Shown here: piece after piece, positions 30,148 to 40,325 of the stretch
Layout of the letters: each line of letters begins with the position of its first letter
Position numbering within the stretch: position 1 is the stretch's first letter
Source: Minisyncoccota bacterium
Lineage (GTDB): Bacteria; Patescibacteriota; Minisyncoccia; Phycocordibacterales; JABAAK01
Assembly: GCA_958295675.1 (NCBI GenBank)
Contig: OY282360.1
Span: forward strand, 658,026-722,025
DNA length: 64,000 bases
Direction of reading: 5' to 3'
Translations under genes and position numbers: made by a program
Notes under the pieces: model-generated
The model's database searches: none
What the model was told of the DNA's origin: nothing
The model's input: the letters and a program-made list of their open reading frames with translations, nothing else

Positions 30148-30849
30148 TTAATTACCCGCTGATTTTTCGACAGGCATATTAATCCCCGCAAAAACAATGG
30201 CGGTGGAAATGGCGTCATCCTCGTAGAACTGGGAATGGAACGACACAACGCCGTTGGTTGAAGCGGTTCCGTTATCAACATTCTCCGCGCCTCGCGCAGG
30301 ATCGGGCTGACCGCCTGCAAAGCCGGAGCCAATCGGCGAGTTCTCCTCGGTACCCATGTCAAGCATGGTCACCCATACCTGATCACCCTGTTCGCCCAAC
30401 TCTTCATCATGATGAAGCGGAAAACTGTCCAACCACACCACACCGTCGTTGGTCTGCACAATCATCGCCATATATGAAACAACGGCATCCTCCGGTGCTT
30501 CTGCAAAATTAATCGTCCGCTGCTCACCTGGTTCTAAAGCACCGACCTTGCGTACCTGATACACACTGGGGTTGTTCTTCATCATGGCAATAACAGCTGA
30601 CGGATCGCCGACCTCGGCAAGCGATTCGTATTCAGCTGGTGCCTGTGTATCAAGAAAACTCATCAAAAACGGATCACTGTGTACCACCGCAACACCGGGA
30701 GAAATGGCATATTCCGACTCGTTTGATAAATCAAGTGTGTGTGCCGCACTGCCCAAGACAGAAAAACCGCCCTTGTTGATCATCACATTAACCACCACAG
30801 CGACAACCACGAGCACAATTATCACTGTCCATACATGTTTTTTATTCAT
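30148..30849 (-). CDS. spondin-domain (Spondin_N-like) exported protein
   Basis: ISPGVAVVH, LAEVGDP, SYMAMIVQTNDG, LDMGTEEN, plus an N-terminal TM. Confidence 0.75.
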   Translation of the reverse strand: MNKKHVWTVIIVLVVVAVVVNVMINKGGFSVLGSAAHTLDLSNESEYAISPGVAVVHSDPFLMSFLDTQAPAEYESLAEVGDPSAVIAMMKNNPSVYQVRKVGALEPGEQRTINFAEAPEDAVVSYMAMIVQTNDGVVWLDSFPLHHDEELGEQGDQVWVTMLDMGTEENSPIGSGFAGGQPDPARGAENVDNGTASTNGVVSFHSQFYEDDAISTAIVFAGINMPVEKSAGN

Positions 30850-30933
30850 ATAGAAAAAACTGTAATGTTAATAAAATAATCCCACGCTCGAGATTACACA
30901 GATAGTATACAGCACCTCCCGTATACTGAATAC

Positions 30934-33090
30934 ATGCAGTCCACAACGCCAATAGAGATATGTTTCCCGAATCTGAAAAAACAGCAGCGGGACGGAATGA
31001 AACGGCTCGGCATATACACGGCGCGGGACTTGCTCTACCACTTCCCGAGCCGGTACGCCGATGCGGCCGAGACATTTGCCGGAGAGATGCATGCGGGTGC
31101 CACCATAACACTCATCGGCACGATTGAAAAGATAAACAAACGGCGCACCGGCGGAAAAAGACGCATCATGATTGCCGAGGCGACCATACAATCGGAGGGA
31201 AAAAAGGTGCGGGCGGTGTGGTTCCATCAACCGTACATCGCCAACCAGTATACAATCGGTGATACGGTCACACTCTCAGGAAAAATAGCAGGAACAGCGA
31301 AAAAAACATACATCACCAACCCGATTATTAAACAATCAACAGGTGGCGACACCCTGTTCGCGCAAAACGATAAAAAAAATGAGGAGAAGCAAACAGAAAC
31401 ACGCAACGAACTCATCGCTGTCTATCCGGAAACGCACGGAGTGTCGTCGCTATGGCTCTCAACGAGCATAGAAAAACTTTTAGGAAAGGAGGGTATAAAA
31501 AAAATGGAGGACCCGATACCGGAAGACATGCGGAACCACCTGAAACTGCCGGACATATATAACGCGCTCATATACATACACAAACCGCGCACGGAAAACG
31601 AGCACATCGGCGCGAAAAAACGATTTGTGTTTGAGAAAACGCTCACCATGCAGATCACCCAGCAGCGAACGAGGAATGAACGGTTGGAATCAAAAGCATA
31701 CAAACTATCCGTGAATAAAAAAGACACCGACACATTCATGAAAGAGAGGTTTGAGTTCACCCCGACACAAGATCAAAAAAAGGCGGTCAAAGAAATACTT
31801 ACCGATATACACAGCAATAAACCTATGGCACGCCTCCTGGAAGGCGATGTCGGATCGGGCAAAACAGCCGTGGCGGCAGCAGTCATGCACGGTGTCGTCA
31901 CCGCGAAAGCGGAAGAGAAAACAAGCGGCAGACCGCAAGTCGCCTATCTCGCGCCGACTGAAGTGCTTGCCAGACAGCAGTTCAACACGCTCATGAAACT
32001 CTTTAACCACCTCCCGATTAATATAGGGCTCATCAGCGGCAAAGAATGCCTCAAATACCCGTCAAAAACAAACAGTGAGGAAGCGACCGACATAAGTAAA
32101 ACACAGTTAAAAAAATGGATCGCGTCCGGAGAGATTGCCATCGTCGTCGGCACACACGCCGTCATACAGAAAGACATCAAGTTCCAGCGGCTCGCTCTCG
32201 TCATCATAGACGAACAGCACAGATTCGGCGTGGCACAGCGCCAATCACTCATAAACCTCACGGAAACGCACACACCGCATCTGCTTTCAATGACAGCGAC
32301 CCCGATACCGAGAACACTCGCGCTGACCATCTACGGCGATCTGGACATCAGCGTCATAGAAGAAGTGCCGAAAGGACGAAAAACAGTCAGCACAAAACTG
32401 GTCAATTCATACAACAAAGATGCTGTCTACAACAGCATCAGAAAAGAAACAGAAAAGGGACACCAAGCGTATGTCCTGTGTCCGCGCATTGAAGAAAGCG
32501 ACGACTCAATACTCCGATCAGTAACAAAAGAATGTGAAGAACTGAAAAAGACAGTATTCCCGGACCTCACAGTCAACATGCTCCACGGAAAAATGAAACC
32601 GAAAGAAAAAAAAGAAATAATGGAACAGTACATAAACGGAACAATTCAGGTACTGGTATGCACAACAGTGGTGGAAGTCGGCGTGAATGTGCCGAACGCG
32701 ACTATCATAGCCATACTGCACGCCGAACGCTTCGGTCTCGCCCAGCTTCATCAACTCCGCGGACGCGTCATACGCAGCAACCATCAGCCGCACTGTTACG
32801 CCATCACCGACAGTAAAAACGAACTGACGCTGGAACGCCTCAAAGAATTTGAAAAAGTACACAACGGATTCAATCTCGCCCAGAAAGACCTGGACATGCG
32901 TGGCAGCGGCGAACTTGCCGGACTGCGCCAATCAGGCGTGCCGGATCTCGTCATGGAAGGATTAAAAAACCAAAAACTTGTGGCGATAGCGCAGCAGGAA
33001 GCAAAAAAAATAGTGGACACCGACCCGGAACTCACAAACTACCCGAAACTAAAACACGCCATAGAAACCGACCAGAGTCATAATGAGTAA
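30934..33090 (+). CDS. recG: ATP-dependent DNA helicase RecG
   Basis: LLEGDVGSGKT, IIDEQHRFGV, MTATPIPRTL, AERFGLAQLHQLRGRV. Confidence 0.98.
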   Translation: MQSTTPIEICFPNLKKQQRDGMKRLGIYTARDLLYHFPSRYADAAETFAGEMHAGATITLIGTIEKINKRRTGGKRRIMIAEATIQSEGKKVRAVWFHQPYIANQYTIGDTVTLSGKIAGTAKKTYITNPIIKQSTGGDTLFAQNDKKNEEKQTETRNELIAVYPETHGVSSLWLSTSIEKLLGKEGIKKMEDPIPEDMRNHLKLPDIYNALIYIHKPRTENEHIGAKKRFVFEKTLTMQITQQRTRNERLESKAYKLSVNKKDTDTFMKERFEFTPTQDQKKAVKEILTDIHSNKPMARLLEGDVGSGKTAVAAAVMHGVVTAKAEEKTSGRPQVAYLAPTEVLARQQFNTLMKLFNHLPINIGLISGKECLKYPSKTNSEEATDISKTQLKKWIASGEIAIVVGTHAVIQKDIKFQRLALVIIDEQHRFGVAQRQSLINLTETHTPHLLSMTATPIPRTLALTIYGDLDISVIEEVPKGRKTVSTKLVNSYNKDAVYNSIRKETEKGHQAYVLCPRIEESDDSILRSVTKECEELKKTVFPDLTVNMLHGKMKPKEKKEIMEQYINGTIQVLVCTTVVEVGVNVPNATIIAILHAERFGLAQLHQLRGRVIRSNHQPHCYAITDSKNELTLERLKEFEKVHNGFNLAQKDLDMRGSGELAGLRQSGVPDLVMEGLKNQKLVAIAQQEAKKIVDTDPELTNYPKLKHAIETDQSHNE

Positions 33091-33164
33091 AAATACCAAA
33101 AAACTTAACAAATAAATTTGCAGGATAACCACATAAGATTAACCACTCATTCAAAAAATGCTTG

Positions 33165-33764
33165 TTATTCATTATTCATATGTTGCATGGTCATTTTTCC
33201 GAAGTTTCCTGTGCCAACGAAAAGTCCTATTGGCTCAAGGATATTAACACGGTAAACATTCTGATAGTCAATAAGTGCTTGTTTAGTTTTTGGACCAAAA
33301 TAATATGTTTCATTACCAAGTGAACCAGCTCCTGTTGTTGATACTGTAAAACCTCTGGTGTTTAAGTATTTTTGGAGACGACGCACATCTTCACCAACTG
33401 ATCCAACGCTGAGTGTTCTTGTAAATTTACTGTTAGTATTGCCAAAATATTGACTGTTCGGTTTTGGTTTCTTGTATGCCTCCCACACTTCATAGGTACC
33501 GTCTCTGTGACTTCGTATTGGCTCATATGGTTGTGGTACCCCTTTGCTTTGATGACAATGTCGTTGATTGTACGCTGTGCCACCCCAACTACCACAATTT
33601 GTTCGGCAATAATGACACCCATCACCGGCAGTTCTACCAGGATGAGCATAGACGGGTTGTATTATACTCAATACAAATATACTGAAGAATAAAAGAAATA
33701 ACACTGGGGTAATGGTAATAACTGTATCTTTAGGTATTTTATTTGTAGAGTTGGTGGTAGTCAT
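33165..33764 (-). CDS. secreted YHYH-like plus peptidoglycan-binding domain protein
   Basis: AHPGRTAGDGCHYCRTNC...HCH followed by LSVGSVGEDVRRLQKYLN..YFGPKTKQALIDYQ. Confidence 0.75.
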   Translation of the reverse strand: MTTTNSTNKIPKDTVITITPVLFLLFFSIFVLSIIQPVYAHPGRTAGDGCHYCRTNCGSWGGTAYNQRHCHQSKGVPQPYEPIRSHRDGTYEVWEAYKKPKPNSQYFGNTNSKFTRTLSVGSVGEDVRRLQKYLNTRGFTVSTTGAGSLGNETYYFGPKTKQALIDYQNVYRVNILEPIGLFVGTGNFGKMTMQHMNNE

Positions 33765-33871
33765 ATGCGTAATGCTACTACCCTTTCAAGAAATAATACT
33801 AAAATAATCATAGTCTGTCAAATGCTCTTTTTTACTGACTAATTAGGTAGATGTAGGATAAAATGCCCGAC

Positions 33872-33988
33872 TTATTCGGGTGTTTCTAGACCAAATACCC
33901 GATTTTTTAGCGTTTTTTCGGGTGTTTTACCTCTCAGAACAATACTTGAAAAATAGTACACATCCCTTTCTTGTTTTGGCAAATCCAT
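33872..33988 (-). pseudogene. 38-aa ORF after the Panacea gene, possible truncated toxin
   Basis: MDLPKQERDVYYFSSIVLRGKTPEKTLKNRVFGLETPE* starts 7 nt after the antitoxin stop and runs into a repeated AAACACCCGAA. Confidence 0.3.
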
Positions 33989-33995
33989 ACCACCA

Positions 33996-34565
33996 TTAAA
34001 CAGTCTCTAAAAAGTATTGCTTTGAATCTGCTAATGTATTTTTTTCAACTTTCGCTGGTCCTTCATCATCTTCAAAGAAGTCAATTTTTTCTATCTTCAC
34101 TCTTTTGCAATTTCCGTCATTCAAATCTGTTTCGTATTTTTTCCATGCATGATATTTATGCACTTCTTGAATAAGATCTTTTGGTGTGTAATTACTGTAA
34201 TTATTAAAGGAATAATCAATTACTTCTCTGTCAATCTCGGAAAGATAATCCTCATCCACCTTTCCTTTGATTCGTACCATATCCCATATATTGTTTCTTC
34301 TGGACACTCGCCTCCACATCTTCTTACTCATCTCCAATTCCTGTTCAGATAAATATTCATTAGCATGATCTATCAAATTCGTTGTGCTTGACGGCACAGG
34401 ACCATTTCTTAACGCAAAATACTCTTCCCGCTGCAGCAATTCACTTCCGTATTTTCTCAACTTATACACATCAGCAATAACCAGCAACTTAACAAGTTTG
34501 ATGACATCAGCCCCCTTACGACCAAATTTGTTGAGTAAGTGGGCAATTTTTTGTATATTTTCCAT
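33996..34565 (-). CDS. Panacea (SocA/DUF4065) domain antitoxin
   Basis: KLVKLLVIAD...KYG...YFALRNGPVPS...LSEIDREVID...L.QEVH...AW. Confidence 0.8.
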   Translation of the reverse strand: MENIQKIAHLLNKFGRKGADVIKLVKLLVIADVYKLRKYGSELLQREEYFALRNGPVPSSTTNLIDHANEYLSEQELEMSKKMWRRVSRRNNIWDMVRIKGKVDEDYLSEIDREVIDYSFNNYSNYTPKDLIQEVHKYHAWKKYETDLNDGNCKRVKIEKIDFFEDDEGPAKVEKNTLADSKQYFLETV

Positions 34566-34930
34566 AAATTGAAAATATGCTTTCTACACACATATAGTAT
34601 ACATACGCTTTATCTTTCGGTGTTTATTTTCAAGATATTTCTAAGGCACTGAAACAATGCAAAAATCAAGTATTTTTGGTATATACTTCACCTTAAACAT
34701 TCGATATTTTGATAAATAATCATTTTTCACACATTCAATAATACCTTGTATTTATTGCGATTTGTATACTACTATGATAAATAATGAAATTAGTCGGTGA
34801 AAATAATTACAATTTTTGTTTCGTAAAAAAGCCCGAAAGAGGAAATGTCTTGTTATATACCCTATCATTCAGTTTCTCCAAATCCAGCAAAATTTTTTTC
34901 CGTCTTGGGCTTCCTCCTGAGTTATAAATC

Positions 34931-35197
34931 TTATTGCTGTATTTCTTTAAGCGTTGCTCCACACTCAAAATAATCTCCTATCACCCCAACCATTCTTTCT
35001 GCCGACACAGCATCACCGCTTATAATATACTCATCATTATTTTGTGATTCAAATACATCGTCAACGATAATACTAGCGCCCCGTTTAATCTCTTCCATAA
35101 TTAATTGCGACAGAAAATCACGCCTTTCCTGTCTAAAAGAATCAGCTACAAACACAGTCATTGAAAATTTCCTTTCTACTATCTTTTTAGTTCCCAT
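34931..35197 (-). CDS. hypothetical protein
   Basis: 88-aa ORF co-oriented downstream of res. Confidence 0.5.
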   Translation of the reverse strand: MGTKKIVERKFSMTVFVADSFRQERRDFLSQLIMEEIKRGASIIVDDVFESQNNDEYIISGDAVSAERMVGVIGDYFECGATLKEIQQ

Positions 35198-35318
35198 ATA
35201 TCTTTGTTTAACATTATTTTACCCTGTTTTTTCAGATTTTACTGAGCACTCCCAACTAAATGCTTCCATTTTTTCCCAAACAACTACCTCTTTACATCCC
35301 GCCTTCCAATCTACCCTC

Positions 35319-37553
35319 TCAAAATTGAAAATCAGACCATTTTTTCAAGGTGATATCCTGAGCAATTTTCCAAACACCACGCTCTTTTTTCACAAAACCA
35401 CCTTTAAACTTTTTATTTTCTCCCAACCACTTTTCTAACGCCTGTGCCCGAATTTGTGCTGATTCTCCTTTTGCGGTGAAACCACCCTTAGTATCAATCA
35501 CCCAAACATCGTCCTCTGTTTTTATAAACCAATCAGGAAAGAACAACCCGCCATCATGTCTCCTTACAGAAAAATGCTCAGAACCATTATCTCCATTCTT
35601 ATACCACCACTTAACCGATTCATTATCCTCAAGATATGTTATAAAATCCATTTCGTTCTGATTGCCTTTATTTATATAGCAGGGCGATAATGCACATTTC
35701 TCACTTTCTATCTCCTCATAAATACTCGTGTAAGAAACACTGCTCAACGGTATAGAAATATCCTTTTTACTCATTTTTCTTTTATCTTTCTCCTCTTCCT
35801 CCTTTGTCCGCACAGAAACATATTTCTCTAATGCTTTATTTATCACAGGAAGAAGGATACTGTTTGCCTTCCTGCTCAGATCATTCACCACACACGGATA
35901 ATACTTATTTTTATCCTTGATGCCAACATAACTTTCAAACCATACATTGATGGCTGATTTCAACTTTCCGTAGGATCGTGCGATATTTTTAAATTTGGTC
36001 TCTTTCTCCTGTTTGTGCAGTATTTCAATACATAACTTCTTATACAATTTCTCCACATCGTTACGAGACATCTTTTCTCCGAAACTATCTGCCTCTTTAA
36101 TGTCTTGTATAAATTTATCATAATCCCGTATATCCTGATCAACTATCAAATCTACATCCACATCTTCGCCAAAATCAAAACACGACTGAAAAGGTTTTTT
36201 CTTCTCAAGCATTTTGTTCGCAACATCAATAAAGGTAAACTGAAAGGTTTTCCCAAGATCGTTGTAACTGGTTCTTTGTGAGACAAAGGTTTCTAGCGGT
36301 ATCTGATCAATACCTTCCTTAATAAATGCATGGTGTATTGCCGCTTGATTCTCCCCTTGGTAGTTATCGTAACTTTCAATAATCTCATTTTTTGTATAAG
36401 TGGTATACAAGTATGACATATTTAATTTTGACTTCGTATGATGCCTACCTTCGGGCATTCGCAAAACTCTACCTAACACCTGAACCTGAAAGACAGGATC
36501 TTTTGTTTCCCGATACATCAATAACACCTGAGCCCTCGGACAATCCCAACCAGTTGCAGGCGCTTGCTTAAAAAGCAGAACATCAACACCGTTATTGTTG
36601 ATGGTGATGTTCCCCAAATTCACTTTCTCGTTATCAAGCCAAATGGCGATAGTATTTTCATGGATACCCATATCCTTCAGCGACTTGAGAACAATATCTT
36701 TCTTTTTCTCCTCTTCCTGATTCGCACGATCGTCGTTTGGCAGTTGGATCATCAGTAATGGATTCACATCTACACCCTCTTTTGCGTACAGACCAGCAAT
36801 CTCTGCTCGCTGTTTGATTGCCAATTTGAGAACATGTTCATCCAAGTCCTTGACCGGTCTTTTTCTGTCAGTAAAATCCTCCCGCGTCTGAGACTTGATT
36901 GACTCCTTAATGAGACCGGCGCGTACAACATCTTCGTGTGAAATATTCACATCTATATTGCTTTGGTTTCTATGTGTCGCAGTGATATGCATCACTATTT
37001 TCGGATCAATCAATCGTATCTCTTCCTCGGCAAGTGAAGTACTGCTACTAGTATGCGCTTCATCAATGATGAGAATGATGGAACGATTTTCTGCCTTTGT
37101 TCTTTGAATCATGCCGTCCCATGTTATTTCCTGCTCACTCTCCCTCCTCAGTTTTCTCCCCTCCTTATTTCTCGCCTTAATCTTTGACCAGTTAAAAAAC
37201 AGTATTTCGTTTTGATTCAACACTTTCTCTCTGCTCAAACTGTCCAGTCCGGTCACTTCAACTTCAGACGCACCGCCATAGTACTCATTAAACTTATTTC
37301 TGCTCTGAGAAGCCAAATCTCCATCACTGGATCCGCCAATACTGACCCACAAAAAGGCAAAATCAACATTTAACAATTCTGGTGCATTCACAAGATCCCG
37401 CACAAACTGAGCCATCATAACGGTCTTACCGGATCCGGTCGGTGATTGAAACTTGATATCTTGCCTTGTGTCCCTGTCCCACCTGTGCAGTACATCCTTT
37501 TTCAATCTTTCTATTGCATCAATCTGAAATGGTTTTAGTATTGTGTTTTTCAT
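35319..37553 (-). CDS. res: Type III restriction subunit Res (SF2 helicase plus PD-(D/E)xK nuclease)
   Basis: SPTGSGKT, IIDEAH, ITAT, GWDCPRA, QVLGRVLR, FFPDW..VIDTKG. Confidence 0.9.
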   Translation of the reverse strand: MKNTILKPFQIDAIERLKKDVLHRWDRDTRQDIKFQSPTGSGKTVMMAQFVRDLVNAPELLNVDFAFLWVSIGGSSDGDLASQSRNKFNEYYGGASEVEVTGLDSLSREKVLNQNEILFFNWSKIKARNKEGRKLRRESEQEITWDGMIQRTKAENRSIILIIDEAHTSSSTSLAEEEIRLIDPKIVMHITATHRNQSNIDVNISHEDVVRAGLIKESIKSQTREDFTDRKRPVKDLDEHVLKLAIKQRAEIAGLYAKEGVDVNPLLMIQLPNDDRANQEEEKKKDIVLKSLKDMGIHENTIAIWLDNEKVNLGNITINNNGVDVLLFKQAPATGWDCPRAQVLLMYRETKDPVFQVQVLGRVLRMPEGRHHTKSKLNMSYLYTTYTKNEIIESYDNYQGENQAAIHHAFIKEGIDQIPLETFVSQRTSYNDLGKTFQFTFIDVANKMLEKKKPFQSCFDFGEDVDVDLIVDQDIRDYDKFIQDIKEADSFGEKMSRNDVEKLYKKLCIEILHKQEKETKFKNIARSYGKLKSAINVWFESYVGIKDKNKYYPCVVNDLSRKANSILLPVINKALEKYVSVRTKEEEEKDKRKMSKKDISIPLSSVSYTSIYEEIESEKCALSPCYINKGNQNEMDFITYLEDNESVKWWYKNGDNGSEHFSVRRHDGGLFFPDWFIKTEDDVWVIDTKGGFTAKGESAQIRAQALEKWLGENKKFKGGFVKKERGVWKIAQDITLKKWSDFQF

Positions 37554-38386
37554 GTTTGTTCTTTACCTTTTCTCTTTTTTTCTCGTTCATACAAATTTAA
37601 CACTGTGGTGTGATTTTTTTTGTTTAAAATATTCGCTATTGCTGAATAAGTCATTTTTTTTTCATCTCTCAAAAAAACAACAATTCGAGACCTCTCATCA
37701 ACAACCTCCCTCTTCCTGCTTGGACCAAGAATAGCAGAAAGGCTAATATCTTTATTTTGTATGATTCCTTCCATCAATGAGGAGAGGCTTTCATCTGATC
37801 CACTGCCTATTAATCCAAGAGAATATGCATCATTTATATAAGTACATATATCTGACAATATTGATTGTGCCTTGCTTCTTGCTTGATTGAGATTACGAAG
37901 GTTACTATTACCTTCAAAATGTAAAATATTGTTTCTATGATTTTTCAAATCTATGCTCATTTTAATTAAAAATTCTCTTATCTTTCTAGTATTTTTATTA
38001 CTAAGATTCTCCAAATATTCTTCTATATTTTTGGTTTCTAATGATCTTCCTAGTGACCGATCATTCTTATAAAAACCGATATCTCGTAAAATTTTAAAAA
38101 CAAAACCTTCAAATGCTAAACACAGTGGAGCAATAATAAATGTATAGTCTTTCACTTCACCACGTAATGAATGATGCTTCATGAAATGTTTTTCCATAAC
38201 AAGATAATCTAGAATATACTTTCTTATTTGTGGACTTAAATACAACTTATTCCTCCTCCCTCCAAAAATCTCTTTGAATTGAATACCAGCATCACCTCTC
38301 TCTGTTTTTTTATATATATCCTGATCTATCCTGTTGTGACCGAAGCATTTTTTTATCTTTTTCTTTAAAAAATTAAATATTTTCAT
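37550..38386 (-). CDS. putative RnlA-like HEPN ribonuclease fused to a DnaA domain-IV-like HTH
   Basis: DYTFIIAPLCLAFEGF and RNNILH (Rx4H). C-terminus SRKREVVDERSRIVVFLRDEKKMTYSAIANILNKKNHTTVL resembles Bac_DnaA_C. Confidence 0.65.
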   Translation of the reverse strand: MKIFNFLKKKIKKCFGHNRIDQDIYKKTERGDAGIQFKEIFGGRRNKLYLSPQIRKYILDYLVMEKHFMKHHSLRGEVKDYTFIIAPLCLAFEGFVFKILRDIGFYKNDRSLGRSLETKNIEEYLENLSNKNTRKIREFLIKMSIDLKNHRNNILHFEGNSNLRNLNQARSKAQSILSDICTYINDAYSLGLIGSGSDESLSSLMEGIIQNKDISLSAILGPSRKREVVDERSRIVVFLRDEKKMTYSAIANILNKKNHTTVLNLYEREKKRKGKEQT

Positions 38387-38387
38387 A

Positions 38388-40325
38388 CTACAAATTTAAA
38401 TTTTTATACACCCGCAGTATCGGCTCAGGTATGTCTTCCACTGAAACATTTTCATATTCCGCATAGTCGTTTTTCCAATCATCAGTACTTCCATGCGAAA
38501 ATATATATAACTTCACTTCCATTTTTTCCAAAATTTTCTTTTCTAAATCTTCAAGTTTTTTTAAGTTCTCCCGAAAGTAGATACCGACATATTTATCTAC
38601 CTCATCAGTAAATATCTGATACCAGTCATTTTTCTCTAATTCAGTAAAAGTATTTTCTTTCAAAGCAATCACATGACCGGCTTCATGGGTAAATTCTAAC
38701 CTTTGCCTATCAGGGACACGGTCTACATGCTCCACATCAACAAATTCCGTCTTCAAGTATTCCAAGCTGCCGCCCAAACCTTCCACCTTCTCACCGCTTC
38801 CTTTTTTCTTATATCCTTTCATCACTTTTTTTATTCTTGGCTGACATACACCTTCTGCAACACCACCATGTCCGTTACCGTTGTTATTTTCATTGTTCGT
38901 ACAGAGAATAAACTGACGATTGCCGCCGTCTTTTTTGTTTAATTCCAAAACCGCATGTCCGGCTGTTCCAGATCCAGCAAAAAAATCTAAAATGACCGCT
39001 TCTTTTTTATCACTACTCAAAATATCCAAAATGTCCAAAACTGCAAAAATGGACTTCGGATAATCAAAAGAATTTCTCTTTCCTAAAATTTTGTCAACAA
39101 GGACCGTTCCATGAGAAGAGGCATCATATTTTGGATCTATCCAAACTGTTTTTGCTTTTCTACCTTGTTTGATACGATCTTTCATATAAACTACATAACC
39201 ACTTCTACCTTCTTTGATCACAATATCCCCCCTCTCTACTGCCTGCATTAAAGAAGGTTTGGTTTGACGCCACACGCGTTTTCCACCTGCATTATCAATA
39301 GGTAAAATTTCAATCAAACCATCATCTTTCTGTACATCTATTTTTCCTCTTTTTGGATCATAGTATATTGGATAATATGAATTTGGTCTCTCCTCTGGTG
39401 TAGATAGCCCACCACTTCTCCTAAAGGGAAGTAATCTATATTTGGAAATATCGTCCTCAAATTTAAACAACCCTTCTTGTTCATCTGTTAATGGAAGATT
39501 GCTTATTACCGCTTTTTCTATATTTTTTGCATATACTAACCAATACTCGTGACTTGTTGCAAAAAATTTATTCGTTGTCCTGCCTCGTGGATTGCTTTCA
39601 ACAACCAAAAAACCAATTCTATTTTGTTCAAGAAAAATGTCATCCATAAGCAGTCCTAATGTAAAAAGTTCATAGTCATCAATCGTTGTGACAATCAATC
39701 CATCATCTTTGAGCAAGTGTTTCGCTAACCACAACCTTTTTGTCATGAATGATAACCATTTACTATGTCTAAACTGGTCATCTTTTTCTACATAACTATT
39801 GTTATAAACCCAACTTTGATTACCTGTGTTATACGGCGGATCAATGTAAATAACATCAATCTTACCTTTGTGTGTGTAGTTCAGCACCTGTAATGCATGA
39901 TAGTTATCACCCTCTATCATAATGTGCTTTTGTTCACCTTCTTTGCCGGCGACACTCATTTCAGAAACTGACTTCAATATCGGCGCCTCCCTCTTACACC
40001 GCTCAACAACTTCCTCCAGCTTATCCTCCCACACAAGCCCATATTTTCGCTGCTTGCTCAACAACTGCAATTCTTTTATTAGTTGCTCTTTTGTATAATC
40101 CGAATAATCCCGTCGTGCAGGCTGTCGACGCGATAGATCCGACACGAGACCTTTTTCTTTGATCTGTTTTATGTGCTCCGCTGTATACCGCCTATCTTTC
40201 CGTGTCCCGACTCTATCAGCAATCACCAGTCCCTGCTCATCCCAGTTGCGCAGAGTATCCTCATGCACACCGAGCATTTCTGCTACTTCACCGATTTTAT
40301 AATATTTTTCATTCTCTTTCTTCAT
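38388..40325 (-). CDS. mod: Type III methyltransferase Mod with N-terminal MerR-type HTH
   Basis: YKIGEVAEMLGVHEDTLRNWD HTH, KYGLVWE, IEGDNYHAL, IYIDPPYNTG, FDYPKS, LDFFAGSGT. Confidence 0.9.
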   Translation of the reverse strand: MKKENEKYYKIGEVAEMLGVHEDTLRNWDEQGLVIADRVGTRKDRRYTAEHIKQIKEKGLVSDLSRRQPARRDYSDYTKEQLIKELQLLSKQRKYGLVWEDKLEEVVERCKREAPILKSVSEMSVAGKEGEQKHIMIEGDNYHALQVLNYTHKGKIDVIYIDPPYNTGNQSWVYNNSYVEKDDQFRHSKWLSFMTKRLWLAKHLLKDDGLIVTTIDDYELFTLGLLMDDIFLEQNRIGFLVVESNPRGRTTNKFFATSHEYWLVYAKNIEKAVISNLPLTDEQEGLFKFEDDISKYRLLPFRRSGGLSTPEERPNSYYPIYYDPKRGKIDVQKDDGLIEILPIDNAGGKRVWRQTKPSLMQAVERGDIVIKEGRSGYVVYMKDRIKQGRKAKTVWIDPKYDASSHGTVLVDKILGKRNSFDYPKSIFAVLDILDILSSDKKEAVILDFFAGSGTAGHAVLELNKKDGGNRQFILCTNNENNNGNGHGGVAEGVCQPRIKKVMKGYKKKGSGEKVEGLGGSLEYLKTEFVDVEHVDRVPDRQRLEFTHEAGHVIALKENTFTELEKNDWYQIFTDEVDKYVGIYFRENLKKLEDLEKKILEKMEVKLYIFSHGSTDDWKNDYAEYENVSVEDIPEPILRVYKNLNL

